Shown: positions 36,121 through 42,178 of the stretch, piece by piece
How positions within the stretch are numbered: position 1 is the stretch's first letter
Layout of the letters: every line of letters starts with the position of its first letter
From: Trichodelitschia bisporula
Lineage: Eukaryota
Assembly: GCA_010356995.1 (NCBI GenBank)
Contig: ML996698.1
Location: 927,923-970,100 of the forward strand
Reading direction: 5' to 3'
Length of the DNA stretch: 42,178 bases
Position numbers and translations under genes: made by a program
Notes under the pieces: generated by a model
What the model was told of the DNA's origin: nothing
The model's database searches: none
The model's input: only the letters and a program-made list of their open reading frames with translations

Positions 36121-37733
36121 ATGATGTCGACCAAAGAGATCATCCACTACTCCGAGACGGCACCGCCGAAGGAGCAGCTCCACCCAGGTATGCATTTTGC
36201 CAGTGGCCGTTGCAATGGCTGCCCCGACGGTCTTGCTGATCCTGCTCGTCCCAGTGAAATGGTACCGCTCAACCTTCTTCAACATCACTATCCTGGGGCT
36301 GTGCAACTTCGCTGCCCCCGGCATTTGGGGTGCCATGAACTCGCTCGGCGCCGGCGGGGCGGCCTCGCCCAAGCTGATCAACGCCGCCAACGCGCTGACC
36401 TTTTGTCTGATGGTGGTGTCATGCTACTTCTCGTCGGTGCTGGTGCACTACATTGGCATCAAGGGCGCACTGATCTTCGGAACGTGAGTCTAGTACCTGC
36501 TTCAGCACCACAGCCCATTGACCCCAGCCCCAGCGTCGGATACGCACCGTTCGCTGCCGGTCTCTACACCAACAACCGCTTCGGCACGGAGTGGTTCGTC
36601 CTCGTCGGCGCGGCTCTCTGCGGCATTAGTGCTGGTGTCTTCTGGGCCGCCGAAGCAGCCATCGCCATCGCGTATCCCGAGCCATGGAACAAGGGCAAAG
36701 CACTCGGTTATTGGCTGACGTACCGCTTGGGCGGCCAGATCCTCGGCGGCGCAATCAACCTCGGGCTCAATGCGGACCGCAACGAGGCTGGCAAGGTGTC
36801 GTACACTGTGTTCCTCGTCTTCATCGCTCTGCAGTGCACCGGGCCGCTCGTTGCGCTGTTCCTCAACAAGCCCAGCAAGGTGCAGCGCCGCGACGGCAAG
36901 AAGGTTGTGCTCGAAATTGCGGAGAATCCCTGGCGCGAGGTGGTTGAGAACACGAAGCTGCTGTTCAGTAAGAAGTGGCTGCTGTTGATACTGTTCATTG
37001 GACAGGCCGTCTTTGCGGAGGCCGTGTACTTTACGTACCTAGCTCGTGAGTCCCACTTTCCTCCTCCCCCACTCTCGCCCTTCTACCCAACCCCGCCCCA
37101 GCCGCCCCGTGTCAAGTCCCCTTGGTCGACAGGAGACTAACTTACGCAGTGTGGTTCTCGGTCCGCGCCCGCGCGCTCGGCTCCTTTGTTTCCGGCCTGG
37201 CAGCCATCACGGCGGGCAACTTCCTCGGCCACTGGCTCGACCGCCACACCATTGCGCTCAAGAAGCGCGCCCGCTGGTCCTTCATTCTCATCGTCGTCAC
37301 GCAGGGCGCATGGTGGCTGTGGGCCACAGTGCTGGTAACGCGCTTCCGCCACACTCGGCCGACGTACGACTGGTCGTCGCCCGGGTTTGGAAAGGCCTTC
37401 GCCGTGTTCGTGTTGCTCACACTGGGCTTCCAGCTGAACTACCTCTTCCTCTACTTCTTTGTGACGAACATCGCCGAGGGCCAGGACCAGGTGATTCGCT
37501 ATGCGGCGCTGCTGCGTGGCACTGAGTCGGCGTGGCAGGCGGTGAGCTATGGCCTGACGTCCATTGCCATCTTCGGCGAGGTGGGGGGAGTGTACATCAA
37601 TTTTGGCCTATGGGCCGTATCCATTTTTCCCGCCTGGCTGGTGCTCCGTCACTTTGGTGCCAGCGAGGCGGCGCCGTCGGAGGAGGGGTCGGTGGTGTCG
37701 GAGGTGCATGATGTGAAGACTGATCTGCAATGA
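36121..37733 (+). CDS. UNC-93-like / DUF895 MFS transporter, 463 aa; exons 36121-36187, 36255-36483, 36534-37045, 37150-37733
   Basis: WYRSTFFNITILGLCNFAAPGIWGAMNSLGAGG, GAALCGISAGVFWAAE, YPEPWNKG and WFSVRARALGS; multiple hydrophobic helices. Exons sum to 1392 nt. Confidence 0.93.
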
Positions 37734-38133
37734 TTAGCGGGCTGAGATGACTTGAGCGAGCGAGTTGATGAGGAGATCAAGATAGAGTGAGACCTAATAC
37801 CAGTAGTGCAATTGCTAGTGTGGTTAGTGTCAACGCAATCCGACCGTGAATCGTGCAATCGATGCAGTGAGCGTGGGCGCGTTTGCACGTCATCGACCAC
37901 AAGCGCGGTCCGGATAAGCTCTCCCGACAGGTCGCGTGGGGCGCGCGACGTGAACTGCGGCGGAGAATTTCAGGAGCAAGGAGCAGAAAGAACTAGTGCC
38001 CCACTGCCAAAGAAGCCGCATGAGGGCCGTAGGTACATGGTAAGCTTCCGATTGCGAATTCAGCCACTTTATTGCGACTTTGCGCCTTGAGCGCGGTTCT
38101 TAAGATGGTTTGGCGCGACTCTCAATATCAGCA

Positions 38134-39829
38134 ATGGCGATTGGCGGCAAGAAGAACCTGATCCTGAACGCTTTTGTCGAGTGCTGTAAGTGCGACCCAT
38201 CTGACAGATTACCCGGCATGGCGGACTACCCGGTCATGGCCAACTACCCAGTCATGGCGGACTACCCGGCATTGACGGACTACCCGGCTGACTGCTAACA
38301 ACCACAGGCAGCGGGCACCAGGCCCCCGGGCTGTGGCAACACCCCGATGATGAATCGTGGCGCTTCAATGACATTGATCATTGGGTGGAGCTGGCGAAGC
38401 TGCTGGAGGAGGCTAAGTTCCATGGCATCTTTGTGGCGGACGTTTTGGGTGAGGTCACAAAACATACGGCAAGACCCAAGTCTCCGACTGACAACCTAGG
38501 TGGCTATGATGTGTACAAGCAGTCCCTCGAACCAGCGCTTGTCTCGGGCGCCCAATGGCCTGTGAATGAGCCGCTCGCCATGGTCCCGGCCATGGCTGCT
38601 GCGACGAAGAACATTGGATTTGGCGTTACTGTTTCGACGACGTACGAGCAGCCGTATCATCTCGCGCGGCGCTTGTCAACGGTGGACCATTTGACGAAGG
38701 GTCGCATCGGTTGGAATGTGAGTTGCTCGTCCGATTGACTGTATGTATACTGATCAATGACGGGCAGATTGTCACCAGCTACCTCGATTCCGCCGCCCGC
38801 AATCTCGGCAAGACCGAGCAGCTTGCGCACGACGACCGCTATGCGCAAGCCGAAGAGTTTATGAGGGTTATGTACAAGCTCTTTGAATCGTCCTGGCGTG
38901 ACGACGCGGTGCAGCTGAATCGCCAGAGCGGCTTGTACACCGACCCCGAGCTCGTCCGCGAGATCAATCATGAGGGCCGCTTTTTCAACGTCCCCGGGCC
39001 TCACATCTGCCAGCCGAGCCCGCAACGGACTCCTTTGCTTCTGCAGGCCGGCGCCTCCCGAGCGGGCCGTGACTTTGCTGCCCAGCACGCCGAAGCCATT
39101 TTCATATCCGCACACGCGCCCGAGGTCTGCGCGGCCAACGTCGCCGACACCCGGCGTCTGGCGAAAGAAAAGTTCGGCCGCGATCCGAATGCGATCAAGT
39201 TTTTGGCGCTTGTGACGCCGGTCCTGGGCCGCACCGAGGAGGAAGCGCAGGCGAAGCTCGACGGCTATCGCAAATACGCATCGACCGAGGGTGCACTTGC
39301 GCTCTTCTGCGGCTGGACCGGGATCGACCTCAACCAGTACGGTGATGATGAGGAGCTCCGCGAGGTCGAAAGCAACGCTGTCCGATCGACCGTGCGGGGG
39401 TACGCGCGCTTCGCGCCCAAGAAGTCAAAGTGGACGAAGCATACCATTGCCCAGCATATCAGCATTGGTGGCAATGGGCCCGTCATTGCAGGGACGCCGG
39501 AGCAGGTTGCTGACGGGCTGGAGACGTGGGTACGTGAGGCAGACGTCGATGGCTTCAACTTGGTGAGTGTATACGTGCTTGCTGTAATGCGGCTAACAGC
39601 CTAGGCATATGTCCTCTTCCCGCAGTCGTTCAAAGATATTATCGAATTCCTGGTGCCTGAACTACGCCGCCGCGGCCTCTTTTGGTACGACTACGCCATC
39701 CCTGGTGGCACGTACCGTGAGAATTTTTACGGGCGGCGCGGGCAGACAGGTCCACCGTTCGAACATGTTGCGTCGTCATTCCGGTGGAGAGCTGGAGTTC
39801 CGAGCGAGCAGCACGTCATCCCTAACTAA
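38134..39829 (+). CDS. Luciferase-like FMNH2-dependent monooxygenase, DszA/NtaA/SnaA/DmoA family, 476 aa; exons 38134-38185, 38308-38448, 38500-38717, 38768-39562, 39605-39829
   Basis: LILNAF, GHQAPGLWQHP, LEEAKFHGIFVADVLGGYDVY, STTYEQPYHLARRLSTVDHLTKGRIGWNIVTS, PSPQRTPLLLQAGAS, DVDGFNL and LVPELRRRGL. Exons sum to 1431 nt. Confidence 0.96.
38207..38294. repeat. About 18-bp minisatellite (GACTACCCGGTCATGGCG), about 5 copies, inside intron 1 of the DszA-like gene
   Basis: gattacccggcatggcg gactacccggtcatggcc aactacccagtcatggcg gactacccggcattgacg gactacccggctg. Confidence 0.9.
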
Positions 39830-40585
39830 ATTATATAGTTCAAAATGCCTTGAAACCCGACGCCGATGCGACTAGCACCTTTACTTCGCAATCGGTAATT
39901 TGCCCGGTTTCTCGCATGTCTTTTCAACTTTGGCTCTGCTTTTTTAAGTTCTCTCATCCTCCTGACCGCAATTTCTGCCCCGAGTTTATGGCTCGGACCT
40001 CTCAACCCTGGATGTCCGCATCGCACTGGCATTCTTGTCTCTTTTCAGGTGTCAGGGGCGTGCAAAAGTGTGGAAGTCACGATGGGTATGGTGCAGGCAT
40101 GAACAAGTTACTTCCACAAAGATCTATCGCCGCGGGGGAAGTTCGCGGGGAGCTAATGAGGTTAAGGCCCAGCATTGGTCTCCCACGACAAGTGGCTGCT
40201 GCCCGAGCCAAAACCAATGTATCAATTGATCTCTGACTGACTAGCTCGACCTCTGAATGAGGTCGGGAATGAGTGACTGTATACACAACGTCTGACTTCC
40301 AGTATCTTCCATCGATCTGACCAATTTGTCAGGAAGAATACTCCAGATACTCAATTTGTCATCATAGAAGATTCCAGATCTTCATCCCGCAGTGGCTAGG
40401 GGTATACCTGTTGGAAAGGGGTGGCTGTGTTCAGCCTTACCCAGTTTCAGCTACAGGGCTCGAGTATAAGTAGACTCGGGATCCCCACCTCTTTGACAAT
40501 TAAGCAACTTGGTCATGGACAGACCTTTGGTCCAACTTATGATGCTGTGATGTTTCCATTGATCACACATCCCCTCTTAACACGT

Positions 40586-41532
40586 ACCTGCAGCGCCTCG
40601 GCGAGCATGGGCGGGTCGCCCTCGTCACCCGGGCCCTGGCTGAAGTACGCGGGGTCGTCGCGCTCCGCAGCGTCGGCCTTCTCACGCTGATCGATGCTCA
40701 GCTCCAGCACGTCATGGTGTGGGCGTTTGCGCGCCTCTTCGACTACCCACGCGTCAACGCGGGGAATTCCTGGTACTCATCGCGGCCATGCTGACGCGGA
40801 TCGCGGAGTTGTCCCCGGCGGCGGCGGCATTGAGCGTGCGGGCCTGCATTTGCGGTGGGGCTTGACATATATTGTTGGCTCATCGTCTGACTGGACGGGT
40901 GGCTGGACGGTCTGGTGAACAGTGGGCTGGACATTTTGGACCACGGTTAGCTGGACCTGGGTAGCATGAACCTGAACGGCTGGCCCGATCTGAACGGTTG
41001 GCTGAACCACGGGGGGCTGGACCGTGACTGCTGGCCGAACCTGAGCAGCTGGACCGAACGGTTGGCCGAGCTTGAACCGGCTGCTGGACCTGGATGACAG
41101 GCCGGACCGGCTTCCGAGCCGTCACTTGGATGCTGCCTAGTATGTCCGGCGCAGGCGTCATCTGGGGCTTCGGCTCCACCTGAATCGTCTCGCCCTGGGG
41201 CGGACCTTTGCCATGTGGCGTAGACACACGCCGCACCGGCGGCATCACGACATGGGCCGTCTTCCGCGGCTTCTCGGCCACAGCGGGATAGTGGTGCGCA
41301 ACATGGGCCTTGTCGGAGACCAGCCTTGTCGAACAGGCTCAACCGGAGCGGCTCGCGGGCGCTGGCCCGTCGGCTCGACAACGCCCCGCAGCCCCGCAGA
41401 ACTGTACTCGGTGAGGGTGCCGGGATGCAGCAGCTGGGTTGTACGGTGCGGGTTCTGCGCCTCGGTGTCTACGTCGAGCGGTTGGTGGGCGCGGCGCCGC
41501 TCGAGATTGCTAGGGTACACGACGGGCGGCAC
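40586..41532 (-). pseudogene. Candidate frameshifted Pro/Val/Gln-rich gene remnant
   Basis: Overlapping minus-strand ORFs in different frames (41532-41245, 41281-40880, 41010-40777, then VVEEARKRPHHDVLEL...) share PVQ/VQPTV composition and read as one continuous protein; no introns explain the shifts. Confidence 0.4.
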
Positions 41533-41890
41533 GGCGGGACCGGCTAGCTACTCGCCTTCCCGCTAGCAGCCAGTGCGTGCGGTCCAGCGGGTTCCACGAT
41601 GAGCTCTGACGCAGCAGCAGCAGGCGCGGATCGCGGTGAACAACATTCGCGGTGGCAGAGGCGGGGGATAGGAAAGCCCGGGGGCAGGTGGGGGAGGTTA
41701 ATGGGGTGTTATGGGGGCGGTGGCGGTCTTCGACGACCGCACCGCCTCCCGTCCTGTGCTGTCAGTCAAATTCTACGCCGCGCCCACCTCCCAACCCTTC
41801 TGTGCTTATGGATCCACACGGTTGGGAGATGGTTTGAGCGGCGGCGCACTCCATTCCTCTATCGGAGTCAATGAGTCGCCGCCCCGACAA

Positions 41891-41990
41891 TGCGAGTGCG
41901 TCCATACCGGGGAAAAGCCGTTTGCCTGTGAATGTGGCCAGAAATTTTACCAACGTGGGAACCTCGCCATCCACAAGCGAAGTATCATGA
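41891..41990 (+). pseudogene. Isolated, damaged C2H2 zinc-finger fragment
   Basis: VHTGEKPFACECGQKFYQRGNLAIHKRS has the canonical HTGEKP linker and C..C..F..L..H, but the second His is lost at an AGTATCATG 9-bp repeat. Confidence 0.6.
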
Positions 41991-42178
41991 GTATCATGAG
42001 TATCGGAAGGGTCATATCTCAATTAAGCAGGGGCGCCTGTTAGGAACCCTGTTCCGTCTCTGCAGCGTCACCTCCGCCTGAACGTGACTCAGGCAACGCT
42101 ACCCCGCACTCCGAGTATCGCGTGGCGTACCGCTGAGTGCGGGATTGTACCGTGACGGGGGAAGGGGAGACGAGCTGA

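Overview
GC-rich, intron-containing DNA from a filamentous ascomycete (Pezizomycotina; short 42-122 nt GT-AG introns with CTRAC branch points). Genes reconstructed by hand across introns: 5'-truncated VPS29, an Ecl1-family zinc protein, a probable GPI-anchored protein, CHK1 divergent from a coiled-coil protein with a TPX2-like FKARP motif, a peroxisomal (PTS1 AKL) 4CL-like acyl-CoA ligase, a 72-aa spliced microprotein, a PITH-domain protein, GRX5 and an unknown coiled-coil protein. The most interesting feature is a co-oriented three-gene cluster at 33.8-39.8 kb: Baeyer-Villiger-type flavin monooxygenase, UNC-93-like MFS transporter and DszA/NtaA/DmoA-family monooxygenase. All three upstream regions share a GCACGYCAY motif, suggesting a co-regulated organosulfur-scavenging pathway (inference). 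About 16 kb around ecl1 is gene-poor and holds a degenerate ~115-bp tandem array and possible decayed genes. A pseudogene with a tandemly duplicated exon+intron unit lies at 19.3-20.2 kb. No rRNA, tRNA, CRISPR array or intact transposon was recognised.
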